Assembly: GCA_027622665.1 (NCBI GenBank)
Contig: JAQBYT010000006.1
Coordinates: forward strand, 1-64,000
DNA: 64,000 nt
Direction of reading: 5' to 3'
DNA from: Verrucomicrobiota bacterium
GTDB taxonomy: Bacteria > Verrucomicrobiota > Verrucomicrobiia > Opitutales > Seribacteraceae
Positions 51,045 through 59,750 of the stretch are shown here, one piece after another. The notes under the pieces were generated by a model. It was not told where the DNA came from, made no database searches, and saw only the letters and a program-made list of their open reading frames with translations. A program made the translations under genes and the position numbers. Within the stretch, counting starts at the first letter, position 1; every line of letters begins with the position of its first letter.

Positions 51045-53207
51045 TCAGTTGATCTTGATTCTTACCTTCTTCACTTCGCCGGGGAAGGGGAAGGCATCCT
51101 TGTAGAGTCCGACGGTTCCACCTTCGTCTCGCCCGACCTGCAAGCCGTCGATCGGCATCTCCGCAACCAGTCCCGAAAGCTTCCCTTCGCCGATTATCTG
51201 TTTGCCATCGAAAAATTTCACTTCCCCATTCTTGTGTAATTGCACGAGGCCTTTTCTGGTTTTGCTCTCGAGAGGGCTCGTTGCCTTCACGACCGAAAAC
51301 TTTCCGTTCCGGCAAACCCCGAAGTGAAGACGATCTTCCTCGATGTACAGCACCCAGCCGTGAGCGTCCCCACCTTGAGCCACGAGTACGCCGTCACCCT
51401 TGCCTTGGTACTCGGCTTCAACCTCGAAGGTCTTGTTTGCGATCATGGGGGCGTTCTCCATATTGAGCAGATCCTTTTCCTTCAGGTTGAAAGTCTTTTT
51501 CTTGCTTCCCTTCTTCTTTGAAGCGCTGCCGCCCCATGGCCACGGCTTGGCCTTGGCTTCCTCCGCCCAGGTTTCCCACCGCTCGGCCATCTCCTTGGCC
51601 CGCTCAGGATGCTTCTCGCTCAAGTCGTTCAGTTCCGTCCGGTCCTGCTCCAGGTCATAGAGTTCCCACGGGCCCTTGGATCCCTTGGCCACCAGTTTCC
51701 ATTTTCCGATCCGGATGGCCCGGTTTCCCTCGTGCTCCCAGAAAATCGGGTTCTCGCGTTCGATTTTTTCACCAGAGAATGCGGGGGCGATCGAGACCCC
51801 CTGCAGTGGAACGATGGCTTGGCCTTTTACCTTTTCCGGGTAGGTGGCCTTACCCAAGTCCGCGCAGGTGGCCATGAGGTCGATCAAGTGGGCGGGTTGG
51901 GAATCAAGCTTTCCGTTGAGCTTCTTCTCGATTCCGTTCGGCCAATGAGCTACCAAGGGGGCACTGATCCCTCCCTCGTGCACCCAGTGCTTGTACTGGC
52001 GGAACGGCGTGTTGCTCGCGTTCGCCCAAGACAAGCCGTATCCATGGTAAGTATCCGCCCCACCTGTCATGACCTCGGTTCCCTGCTTGACCACGACTCC
52101 GTCGCGTGTGCGTTTGGGGATCATGTCGATCTGCAGGTCGGTCGCCTTCATCGGCTTCAACTGGTCGGGGTCCTTGTCCTTGTACTGGATGCCACTTCGG
52201 CGTCCCATGCCCTCGGCGCATCCACCGTTGTCAGCCAGGAAAAGTATGAGCGTATCGTCAAGCACACCCTTCTTCTCAAGGGCCCCGATAACGCGTCCGA
52301 TGCCTTGGTCTAAGCGATCGACCATTGCGGCGTAGGTTTCCATCAGGCGGATTTCCCATTCCTTGTTCGGGGCGTCCTTCCAGGCGATCCCGTCCCTCGG
52401 TGACAATTTCCATTTCTTGTCGATCAGGTCCATTTTCAACTGGCGCTGGTAACGGGCTTCCCGCATGACCTCCCAGCCCTTGTCGTAGCGTCCCTTGTAC
52501 TTGGCCATGTCTTCGGGCAAGGCGTGCATCGGCCAGTGGGGCGCCGTGTGGGCGACGTACATGAAGAACGGCTCGTCCCCCTTGTGCTCGGTGATGAAAC
52601 GGGCGGCGTGGTCGTTGATTGCATCGGTGTAGTAAAAAGTCTTGGGCTTGTACTCCGGGTCGGCGTAGGGGGAAATCAGGGTGTTGTCCCGGGTCAGGGA
52701 ATTTGGGTCGAAGAAACTGCCCGCCCCGTGAATCGTTCCGTAGAAGCGATCGAACCCGCGCTGCCTTGGCCAGTTGTGTTGGGAGGCACCGGGTTGAATC
52801 TTCGGGGTGACGTGCCACTTGCCCGATATATAGGTCGAGTAGTCCGCCGTCTTCATCACCTCCGCGATGGTTCGGACGTTGCTCCCCAGATCTCCACGGT
52901 AGCCGGGCAGACCACGGTCGTTCATCATGTGCCCGATCCCCGCTTGGTGTGGGTAGGTGCCCGTGAGCAGACTGGCCCGAGTCGGGCAACAGCGTCCGGT
53001 GTTGTAGAACTGGGTGAATCGCAAGCCGTTCCCTGCTAGGCGGTCGAGGTTGGGAGTTTCAATCTCGCTGCCGTAGCAGCCGATGTCCGACCATCCCATG
53101 TCATCGGCCATGATAATTATAAGATTCGGTCGAGCAGCGGACCAGGCAAGGGCGGATGCAGTGAATGATGTGGCAAAGGCCAAGATGGTTCGAATAATGG
53201 GTTTCAT
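51045..53207 (-). CDS. Arylsulfatase with C-terminal LamG-like extension
   Basis: ADDMG, CCPTRASLLTG, GKWH, DNGG, WEHEGNRA. Confidence 0.94.
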   Translation of the reverse strand: MKPIIRTILAFATSFTASALAWSAARPNLIIIMADDMGWSDIGCYGSEIETPNLDRLAGNGLRFTQFYNTGRCCPTRASLLTGTYPHQAGIGHMMNDRGLPGYRGDLGSNVRTIAEVMKTADYSTYISGKWHVTPKIQPGASQHNWPRQRGFDRFYGTIHGAGSFFDPNSLTRDNTLISPYADPEYKPKTFYYTDAINDHAARFITEHKGDEPFFMYVAHTAPHWPMHALPEDMAKYKGRYDKGWEVMREARYQRQLKMDLIDKKWKLSPRDGIAWKDAPNKEWEIRLMETYAAMVDRLDQGIGRVIGALEKKGVLDDTLILFLADNGGCAEGMGRRSGIQYKDKDPDQLKPMKATDLQIDMIPKRTRDGVVVKQGTEVMTGGADTYHGYGLSWANASNTPFRQYKHWVHEGGISAPLVAHWPNGIEKKLNGKLDSQPAHLIDLMATCADLGKATYPEKVKGQAIVPLQGVSIAPAFSGEKIERENPIFWEHEGNRAIRIGKWKLVAKGSKGPWELYDLEQDRTELNDLSEKHPERAKEMAERWETWAEEAKAKPWPWGGSASKKKGSKKKTFNLKEKDLLNMENAPMIANKTFEVEAEYQGKGDGVLVAQGGDAHGWVLYIEEDRLHFGVCRNGKFSVVKATSPLESKTRKGLVQLHKNGEVKFFDGKQIIGEGKLSGLVAEMPIDGLQVGRDEGGTVGLYKDAFPFPGEVKKVRIKIN

Positions 53208-53290
53208 TGTTGTTTCAGGTTCAGGGCAACAGGCTTTTCGCTTGCCTGCAGGGGGGAATTATTGTTGGAATTATCCTTTGTATCCTGTGG

Positions 53291-53364
53291 GGCGCGGTAG
53301 CCAAGTGGTAAGGCCGGGGACTGCAAATCCTCTATCCCGGGTTCGAATCCCGGCCGCGCCTCCA
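53291..53364 (+). tRNA. tRNA-Cys(GCA)
   Basis: GGCGCGG...AAGTGGTAAGG...GGGGA-CTGCAAA-TCCTC...GGTTCGAATCC...CCGCGCC-T-CCA cloverleaf. Confidence 0.97.
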
Positions 53365-53383
53365 ATTCCTCTTTCCGAATGCT

Positions 53384-53956
53384 CTATTTTTGTTCGATCG
53401 CTTTTTTGATGGAAGCGATTACTTCCGGGGAGTCTGGCTTTTGACCGGGTTTGAAACGCTTGAGAGGAGTACCATCACGCCCAATCAGAAACTTTCCGAA
53501 GTTCCATTCTACGTTGCCCGGGAAGGCTCCTTTGTCACCGGTAAGTCGAGAGTAGAGTTCGTGCTGCTTTGGGCCTTTCTTGACGATTACTTTGTCGAAC
53601 ATGGGGAAGGTGACGTCGAAGCGGGACTTGCAGAACTTTTTGATTTCTTCGTTCCCTCCGGGTTCTTGTCCGCCGAAATCGTTGCAAGGAAAGCCGAGGA
53701 CGGTGAAACCCTTGCTCTTGTATTCACGATGAACCGCTTCCAACTGCTTGTATTGCTTGGTAAGCCCGCATTGTGAGGCTACGTTCACAACAAGCAGAAC
53801 CTTTCCCTTGTAGTCTCCGATGGTGGATTTCTTTCCATCGATGGTAGTGATCTTTACGTCGTGCAAGCCAACTGATGGCTTGGAAAGCTTCTTTGCCCCG
53901 AAAGCAAAACCACCGGCGAATATTAATGTTAGAGTAAGAATTAAGTTTTTTTGCAT
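53384..53956 (-). CDS. Glutathione peroxidase (Cys type, exported)
   Basis: VNVASQCGLT, GFPCNDFGGQEPG, WNFGKFL. Confidence 0.95.
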   Translation of the reverse strand: MQKNLILTLTLIFAGGFAFGAKKLSKPSVGLHDVKITTIDGKKSTIGDYKGKVLLVVNVASQCGLTKQYKQLEAVHREYKSKGFTVLGFPCNDFGGQEPGGNEEIKKFCKSRFDVTFPMFDKVIVKKGPKQHELYSRLTGDKGAFPGNVEWNFGKFLIGRDGTPLKRFKPGQKPDSPEVIASIKKAIEQK

Positions 53957-54191
53957 GTTCGTATAATGGATTTAGGATTTAATAATGAACCCAAAGCCTC
54001 GAATTCCGCAAGAAGCAAGATTGAATGCAGTCAATTATGAATATCCAAGGCTTTTCTATCGACAAGCTGTTTTCGATTGCTGATCTTCTAGATTCAAGTT
54101 TGTATAAGTTTCTCCTAAGCTTGATGTTCGGCAGGCTGTCTTGTACCTTTAAACCTATACCTGAGAAGATTCCACTTTCGCACATGAGCTC

Positions 54192-55598
54192 ATGAGCGAG
54201 AACGTACAAAAGGATAATCCTGTGGCGCCGGAAGGCGTGCATCGATTTGAGACCGAAGAGTCCGGCGTGGATCCTTCTCTTGTGTCCCGCCTTTCGGATG
54301 CCATCGAAAGCAAGACCGAAGACGATGTTCGGGCCTGCGTTTCCGATGTTCACCATGCCGACCTCGCCGACTTGATTGGCCTTTTGCCGCGATCTCAGCG
54401 ACACCGTTTGCTGAGAATCCTTCGTGTGGATCTCGATCCCGACTTACTTTTGGAGTTGGACGATTCCATTCGGCTCGAGTTGGCCGACGTTTTGTCTCCC
54501 AAGGAAATGGCGGATGCCATTGCGGAAATGGAGTCCGACGAGGCCGTACAGGTGTTGGAGAATCTCCAAAAGGATGAGCTCTCCGACGTCTTGCGCGAGG
54601 TTTCCGCAGAGGATCGCGAGGAAATCGAATTGGGGCTCCACTACCCCGAGTACACTGCTGGCCGCCGAATGCAGATGGAGGTCGTCACCGTGGCGACCGA
54701 TTGGTCGGTTGGTCAGACCATCGACTATCTTCGCACCGAGGCCGATTTGCCCGACGAGTTTTTCGACATTTTCGTGGTAGACGACGCCCGTCGACCAGTG
54801 GGAGTCATTTCCCTGTCTCGCATTTTGCGTTCCCCCAGGTCAACGGCCATGAGTGAAATTGTGGACGAGACGCAAGTCATCGTTCCTGCCGATATGGAAC
54901 AGGAGGAAGTCGCTTTACAGTTCGAAAAATACGATCTCACCACTGCTGGGGTGGTGGATGATGACGGAAAACTTCTCGGTATGATTACGGTGGACGACGT
55001 CATGGAGGTTGCTCGCGAGGAGTTTGAGGAGGACGTATTGCACTTGGGTGGGGTGGGGGAGGAAGCTATCAGCAACTCGGTCTGGACCGCGACCCGCAAG
55101 CGTTTCGCATGGTTGTTGGTGAACCTCGCGACGGCGATTTCGGCATCTTTGGTAATCTATCTGTTCAAAGGAACACTCGAGCACATGGTGGCGCTTGCCG
55201 TACTTATGCCGATTGTGGCCTCTATGGGAGGAAATGCGGGTACGCAAACGCTCACCATTACCGTTCGAGCTCTCGCGACCAAAGAGCTCACGTCCTTCAA
55301 TTCCCTGCGGGTCGTCCGCAAGGAATTGGTGGTTGGTACCCTCAATGGCTGTCTTTTCGCCCTGCTGGCGGGATTTGGTGCGACATATTGGTTCGACGAC
55401 CTTGTTCTCGGTGGAGTGATCGGGGCCGCCATGGTGATCAACATGATGGTGGCGGGGGTGTCGGGAGCTATGCTGCCGATCTTTTTCGAGCGGGTCGGCA
55501 TAGATCCTGCCGTGGCCTCCGGAGTTTTCGTTACCACAGTTACCGACGTCGTGGGCTTCTTCGCTTTTTTGGGCTTGGCCACCCTCGTCTTCCTGTAG
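54192..55598 (+). CDS. mgtE: Magnesium transporter MgtE
   Basis: MgtE-N, CBS pair, MGGNAGTQ, DPAVASG, TTVTDV. Confidence 0.96.
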   Translation: MSENVQKDNPVAPEGVHRFETEESGVDPSLVSRLSDAIESKTEDDVRACVSDVHHADLADLIGLLPRSQRHRLLRILRVDLDPDLLLELDDSIRLELADVLSPKEMADAIAEMESDEAVQVLENLQKDELSDVLREVSAEDREEIELGLHYPEYTAGRRMQMEVVTVATDWSVGQTIDYLRTEADLPDEFFDIFVVDDARRPVGVISLSRILRSPRSTAMSEIVDETQVIVPADMEQEEVALQFEKYDLTTAGVVDDDGKLLGMITVDDVMEVAREEFEEDVLHLGGVGEEAISNSVWTATRKRFAWLLVNLATAISASLVIYLFKGTLEHMVALAVLMPIVASMGGNAGTQTLTITVRALATKELTSFNSLRVVRKELVVGTLNGCLFALLAGFGATYWFDDLVLGGVIGAAMVINMMVAGVSGAMLPIFFERVGIDPAVASGVFVTTVTDVVGFFAFLGLATLVFL

Positions 55599-55615
55599 GT
55601 CCAACCCGACACGTA

Positions 55616-56599
55616 ATGGCACGCGTTCTCGTTACCGGATCCAGAGGTTGCATAGGCTCAACCGCCGTCGATTGGCTTCTCGAGGAAGGAGCGGAAGAAG
55701 TAATCGGTTTCAACCGAAGCAAACCTTCCTTTCACGAAGCTCAGGAATCGCGCCTGTCTTTCGTTACGGGAGACATCTCCGACTTTTCTCGACTGCGTGA
55801 GGTTGTCCGCGAACTTCAACCCAGTCACGTCCTGCACCTTGCCGCCCTTCAAACTCCCGACTGTCGCGACTACCCGATGCGCGGACTGGAAGTGAACCTT
55901 GTCGGGACAGCCAATCTTTTTCGAGCTTGTTCCGAAGAATTGAAAAAACCTCTCGAGCGCTTTGTTTTTGCCAGTTCCGGAGCAGTATACGGTCCCCGTT
56001 CACTCTACGGACCCAAAGGCGTTTGCCCCGAGGATCCCTACCAACCCTTCAACCTCTACGGATATTGGAAAATTGCGGGCGAGGGAATGGCTCAGGCATT
56101 CCAGCAGGCAACGGGCGCACCGACTGTATCGCTCCGCCTCGCCACGACCTATGGACCCGGTCGCGATCGGGGTTTCACTGCGGCGGGCACTCATGCTCTC
56201 AAGGCAGTCGCCCTTGCCCTACCTTTCGAGATTCCGTACAAGGGGCACGAGCATTACCACTTTTCACCCGATGTTGGGGCTGGCTTCGGGTGCGCCGTTC
56301 TTCATCCATTTTCCGGCTATGGAGCCTTTAATCTTCGTGGGCAAAGCCAACGAATCGAAGACTTCTTGGAACTACTTCGTCAGACTGCAGACAACCGTAG
56401 CTTGTCCGAGCGATTCAAGGTGTCGATTTCTCCCGATGCCGAGGAGACTCCATTCGTATTCGATCTAAACGACGACTCGGCCGTTTCAGCGTTTCCTCTC
56501 ATGCCCCTTACGAATCTCCGACAAGGAATTTCGGATTCCCTCGATTTCTTTCTCGGTGCTGCCGAGAGAGGGGAAATCTCGGGAGCTGACTTGGCCTAA
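55616..56599 (+). CDS. NAD-dependent epimerase/dehydratase
   Basis: VLVTGSRGCIG, HLAAL, ASSGAVYG, YGYWK; start ATG 55616. Confidence 0.9.
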   Translation: MARVLVTGSRGCIGSTAVDWLLEEGAEEVIGFNRSKPSFHEAQESRLSFVTGDISDFSRLREVVRELQPSHVLHLAALQTPDCRDYPMRGLEVNLVGTANLFRACSEELKKPLERFVFASSGAVYGPRSLYGPKGVCPEDPYQPFNLYGYWKIAGEGMAQAFQQATGAPTVSLRLATTYGPGRDRGFTAAGTHALKAVALALPFEIPYKGHEHYHFSPDVGAGFGCAVLHPFSGYGAFNLRGQSQRIEDFLELLRQTADNRSLSERFKVSISPDAEETPFVFDLNDDSAVSAFPLMPLTNLRQGISDSLDFFLGAAERGEISGADLA

Positions 56600-56775
56600 T
56601 TCAAGTTTTTTCAAAAAGAGGCAGCTGTGATTTGAAGTTATTGCGCATTTGGTGTAAGTATTAATGGAACTTAATTAAAGCTACGTATACCAACTAAATC
56701 ACCTTCGTCTTCACCCTCAGCGTTTCCACTACGGGCGTCTGGTTTCTGATCCAAGCCTAAGGGCGGGTCGAGGGA

Positions 56776-57243
56776 TCAGGATGCTTCTTCGTTCGCAGGA
56801 AGTTCTTGCTCGTTCTCTTCTTCCGTCATTGATGGAATTGCCGAGAGATTTCCCTTGGGTTTAACGGGTTCCGGCTTCTCTTCATCCGCCTCCACTTCTT
56901 CTCTAATCTTTTCGACCAAATCGAGTGCGTCGTTGCGACGTCTCAGTGAACGTTCTTGAAATTTGGCGATCTGGACAAGGGAATCGGCTCCGTCAAAAAT
57001 TGCGTTTGCCAAGTGGTTCAACAGCAAGGCCGGAACCACACCGCCCAAGGCTCCTATTAGAATAAGGATTAGAATAAGGGAAAACATTTCTGAGTCATTC
57101 ACGGCAGGCACCAAGCAAGGTAGACCTGCACAAGCCACGACCGTCAGGACGGAGGTGACTAGACTGAAAGCCCTTCCGGTAGCATAGCCCGTGTTGCGAC
57201 GAATCGCTTCGAGGACCTCGCGGGATTTCTTGTTTTTTCCCAT
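56776..57243 (-). CDS. Hypothetical two-TM membrane protein
   Basis: EAIRRNTGY, two TM helices, AIFDGADSL, acidic tail. Confidence 0.72.
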   Translation of the reverse strand: MGKNKKSREVLEAIRRNTGYATGRAFSLVTSVLTVVACAGLPCLVPAVNDSEMFSLILILILIGALGGVVPALLLNHLANAIFDGADSLVQIAKFQERSLRRRNDALDLVEKIREEVEADEEKPEPVKPKGNLSAIPSMTEEENEQELPANEEAS

Positions 57244-57375
57244 AAAGCTTATTTTCTTCGCCTTTCCTTTCACAGGCAAGCGGAAAGGTGGGGCTAGTAG
57301 TTGAGTTTTTCTTGGTGCTAAACGCCTGTTTTTGCCCCGAACTTCAACTCTCCATTGATTGGAGATTAGTCAAAA

Positions 57376-57419
57376 TGGTCGGGACGATTGAATTTGAACC
57401 GGCGACCTCTGCGTCCAGA
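57376..57419 (-). pseudogene. Degenerate 3' half of tRNA-Pro (att-site-like relic)
   Basis: Minus strand TCTGGACGCAGAGGTCGCCGGTTCAAATTCAATCGTCCCGACCA: anticodon-stem 3' side, variable loop, T-loop and CGTCCCG-A-CCA end; T stem broken, 5' half absent. Confidence 0.8.
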
Positions 57420-57462
57420 TTGCCGGACTGGTTATAATATAGATCCAACCTCGTGTCATCAT
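57420..57462 (-). pseudogene. N-terminal stub of a GIY-YIG/T5orf172-like nuclease gene
   Basis: ATG 57462 reads MMTRGWIYIITSPAI, resembling the GWxYIxxNPA start of T5orf172 domains, then runs into the tRNA relic. Confidence 0.5.
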
Positions 57463-57498
57463 TCCTCCATCCAATACCAGCGGTAGTTCAGGTCAAGC
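57460..57498 (-). promoter_or_regulatory. Promoter+start module, copy A
   Basis: GCTTGACCTGAACTACCGCTGGTATTGGATGGAGGAATG; 32/39 identical to 59667-59705. Confidence 0.65.
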
Positions 57499-57513
57499 GG
57501 GGTTTCGGAAGTA

Positions 57514-57525
57514 TCGGGACGCCTT
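57514..57525. repeat. Junction motif TCGGGACGCCTT, copy 2
   Basis: Exact 12-mer shared with 29253 and 60994. Confidence 0.6.
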
Positions 57526-57849
57526 CGAGCTGCTGCTTTTGCTGGCATACTTCCAGACTATTCGTGAATGTACCGATAAATAAGGTGTAAGATATTACCA
57601 CGCAAGGGTTTGTGGATAAGTGGCGTTGAGTGGCGATAGCAAAAGTTAATTACTTGAAAATCTCTAAGATTTTCTTGCATTGGATAAGCGGATGCCTCTT
57701 TATCGAGAGTGCAAAAAGACAATGGCTAAGAAGAATAATCCCCCCGTCGAGTTTGCGAGCGGAACACCTCCGGATGAAGCTCCAAAGACATGCCCTGTGC
57801 GTCAAGCTGGACAGGCCTCTAGAAAAATCGCAGAGGACGAGTTCTCCGA

Positions 57850-59109
57850 ATGAGTGCGAAAAAAAAGAAAGTCACTGAAGTTGACCCAACAGAACTAAAC
57901 CTTGTGCCGCATGAAGAGGGCTTGACCCTTAACTGCTTTGGCGAACCGCTAAGGTTTAGCAACGGTGACATTGCCGTGCATAAAGTAAATACCTTTTGGG
58001 GTCATGTGATTGATGAATTCAGCAATTTCGGGGTTATAGTTGTCGACGAGGATAATTGCTACGCTGGGCCCAAAATAATATGTGGTTTTAACTTTCTAGA
58101 AATTCAAAGATGCGAAATTGAAACAGGAAAGTCTGCATTTATTCAGAATTTTAGAGACTGTATAGCAGTTGACAATATAATTAGGAGGTGCGCTGGCCCC
58201 GAGCTAATTGACCAAATGAGAAGATGGAGGCCAGTTTTAGACTGGCTGGAAAAGCATGAAGTTTCCCTTCCCAATCATCCACAAACTGTAATAGAAAGTA
58301 CTGAAGAGAAGGATGTGTTTACAACTCCCGAGGACATTAGATTCGTTGACTTTATAAGTGACCAATTTACCCAACTTTCAAATTCTCAAAAAGCAGTCGT
58401 TTATTATTTTTTTCATACTCACGCCGCAGTTGTTTTTCCAATAGTTCTCAGCCAATTTCTTTGCACCCCGAGTGAATATGCGAATGGGGTGATGGCTTCT
58501 GAGGTTCTTTTGACAACACTCGGATTAGGCTTGGAACCAGACGAACACGCTGAAATTAGTAGGAATTATCGTGACGATGCCCAAATTGCGGATAAGTATA
58601 TAAGAGCTTACCATAACCTCGGTCCCGACGTTGCCAGTGCTGCTCAACACACCCAAGTGAATTTTGATGAACTTGACCGCGAAAAGTCTAAGATTCTTAA
58701 GGAATTAGTTGAGTTAACCAAGGTAACACAGACTTCGCCTCCCAAAGGTGAAAACTCCGAACTGGACGAATTGATAGAGGGCTTCAAGGAACAACTCGGC
58801 GGTCGTCCAACATGCACCCAAGACGATATTGCAAGGGTCAAGACCTTCGGTAGTAGGCGTACGAAAAAGGAAATCGTTAGGGACGAAAATGGCGATCCTG
58901 TTTACGCCAATGAGGAGGCCAAAAAGGCCAAAAAGCCCTTGATGAAGGACAAAAAGGATAAGGACGGTAACTTGATGCATACGCTAAGTAACGGGCAAGC
59001 TGGCAAATGGGCGGCGGGTTTTGACATTAAAGGCAACGGTCGCCCAGCAAAGTACCCCACGGTCAAGGTGGCCGAAGCCTTGAAGAAGGAACACTTGAGC
59101 AAACCCTAG
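57850..59109 (+). CDS. Orphan hypothetical protein, N-terminus possibly ATP12-like
   Basis: 419-aa ORF in AT-richer DNA; DNIIRRCAGPELIDQMRRWRPVLDWL segment; Lys-rich C-terminus. Confidence 0.75.
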   Translation: MSAKKKKVTEVDPTELNLVPHEEGLTLNCFGEPLRFSNGDIAVHKVNTFWGHVIDEFSNFGVIVVDEDNCYAGPKIICGFNFLEIQRCEIETGKSAFIQNFRDCIAVDNIIRRCAGPELIDQMRRWRPVLDWLEKHEVSLPNHPQTVIESTEEKDVFTTPEDIRFVDFISDQFTQLSNSQKAVVYYFFHTHAAVVFPIVLSQFLCTPSEYANGVMASEVLLTTLGLGLEPDEHAEISRNYRDDAQIADKYIRAYHNLGPDVASAAQHTQVNFDELDREKSKILKELVELTKVTQTSPPKGENSELDELIEGFKEQLGGRPTCTQDDIARVKTFGSRRTKKEIVRDENGDPVYANEEAKKAKKPLMKDKKDKDGNLMHTLSNGQAGKWAAGFDIKGNGRPAKYPTVKVAEALKKEHLSKP

Positions 59110-59158
59110 ACACGCCCCGCTTGTGCCGGAGTTTACCGATCGGCCGTCTTCAACTCCG

Positions 59159-59220
59159 ACGAGGGTCTCAACTCGTCTCGGCATTTACGACCCCCAAATC
59201 GGTCATTGGCTGATAGGATT
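59159..59220. repeat. ~62-bp imperfect direct repeat, copy 1
   Basis: ACGAGGGT..CTCGTCTCGGCATTTA..CCCAA..GGTCATTGGCTGATAG; second copy at 59535-59596. Confidence 0.8.
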
Positions 59221-59344
59221 GATTGTCTGATAAGCCTTCCCGAACTCAAAGGCTCAAAAGGTGCTTGGGCATTAAGAAGTAATAGGATATAAGAATTTTA
59301 GACCAACGAGTCCTTACTCAAAGGGTTAAGCCAATCCGAGGTCT

Positions 59345-59376
59345 AAGCCCTGCAGGTTTTCCTGTAGGGCTTTTTT
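59345..59376 (+). terminator. Rho-independent terminator
   Basis: AAGCCCTGCAGG-TTTT-CCTGTAGGGCTT followed by T-run. Confidence 0.8.
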
Positions 59377-59534
59377 GTGCCATCATCGCTAGGCATCATA
59401 GGCTCATGCAATAGCCCTCTTGACCTGTTCCTTATTGTACCCTCAAGCGTATTGATCCAGTGCCATCTTATTAAACTCATCATCCACCCCCCTCAGTCTG
59501 TAAACGTATGATCGATTAGCTGTTTTGGTCCTCA

Positions 59535-59596
59535 ACGAGGGTAAGAACCTCGTCTCGACATTTAGAACGCCCAACTGGTCATTGGCTGATAGAATT
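59535..59596. repeat. ~62-bp imperfect direct repeat, copy 2
   Basis: Shares the exact 16-mer GGTCATTGGCTGATAG (59577-59592 vs 59201-59216). Confidence 0.8.
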
Positions 59597-59599
59597 GGA

Positions 59600-59669
59600 T
59601 CACTCCACCCCCTCGTATCTCTCGGACATACATCCCGCCATCAGCAGGGCGACGAAGTAACTTCTTCAT
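59600..59669 (-). pseudogene. Lipoprotein signal-peptide stub
   Basis: ATGAAGAAGTTA..TTCGTCGCCCTGCTGATGGCGGGATGT = MKKL/FVALLMAGC with a frameshift; resembles the TPR gene start at 30742. Confidence 0.55.
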
Positions 59670-59705
59670 CCTTCCATCGGATACCAGCGGGTTTTCAGGT
59701 CAAGC
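59667..59705 (-). promoter_or_regulatory. Promoter+start module, copy B
   Basis: GCTTGACCTGAAAACCCGCTGGTATCCGATGGAAGGATG. Confidence 0.65.
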
Positions 59706-59750
59706 CTAGTGATCAGGGAGAAGTCTCGCGACGCCTGCGCGTTGCTTTAG

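Noticed and set aside
49647..51239. 530-aa plus-strand ORF
   Set aside because: Antisense shadow of uxaC and the arylsulfatase end; no motifs.
53291..53364. tRNA-Cys as an island integration site
   Set aside because: No duplicated 3' end seen, and the next gene is an ordinary glutathione peroxidase.
53770..53775. Selenocysteine in the glutathione peroxidase
   Set aside because: The active-site codon is TGC in an open frame.
53960..54190. M-box riboswitch upstream of mgtE
   Set aside because: No recognisable conserved motif or terminator; an Rfam search would settle it.
55109..55615. Extension of the epimerase ORF to 496 aa
   Set aside because: Overlaps mgtE out of frame; the Rossmann motif begins at ATG 55616.
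57611..57619. DnaA box TGTGGATAA as oriC
   Set aside because: Single perfect copy, no cluster and no origin-associated genes.
59159..59596. CRISPR or integron attC array
   Set aside because: Only two imperfect copies 376 bp apart, no cas or intI in the window, and no RYYYAAC...GTTRRRY architecture recognised.
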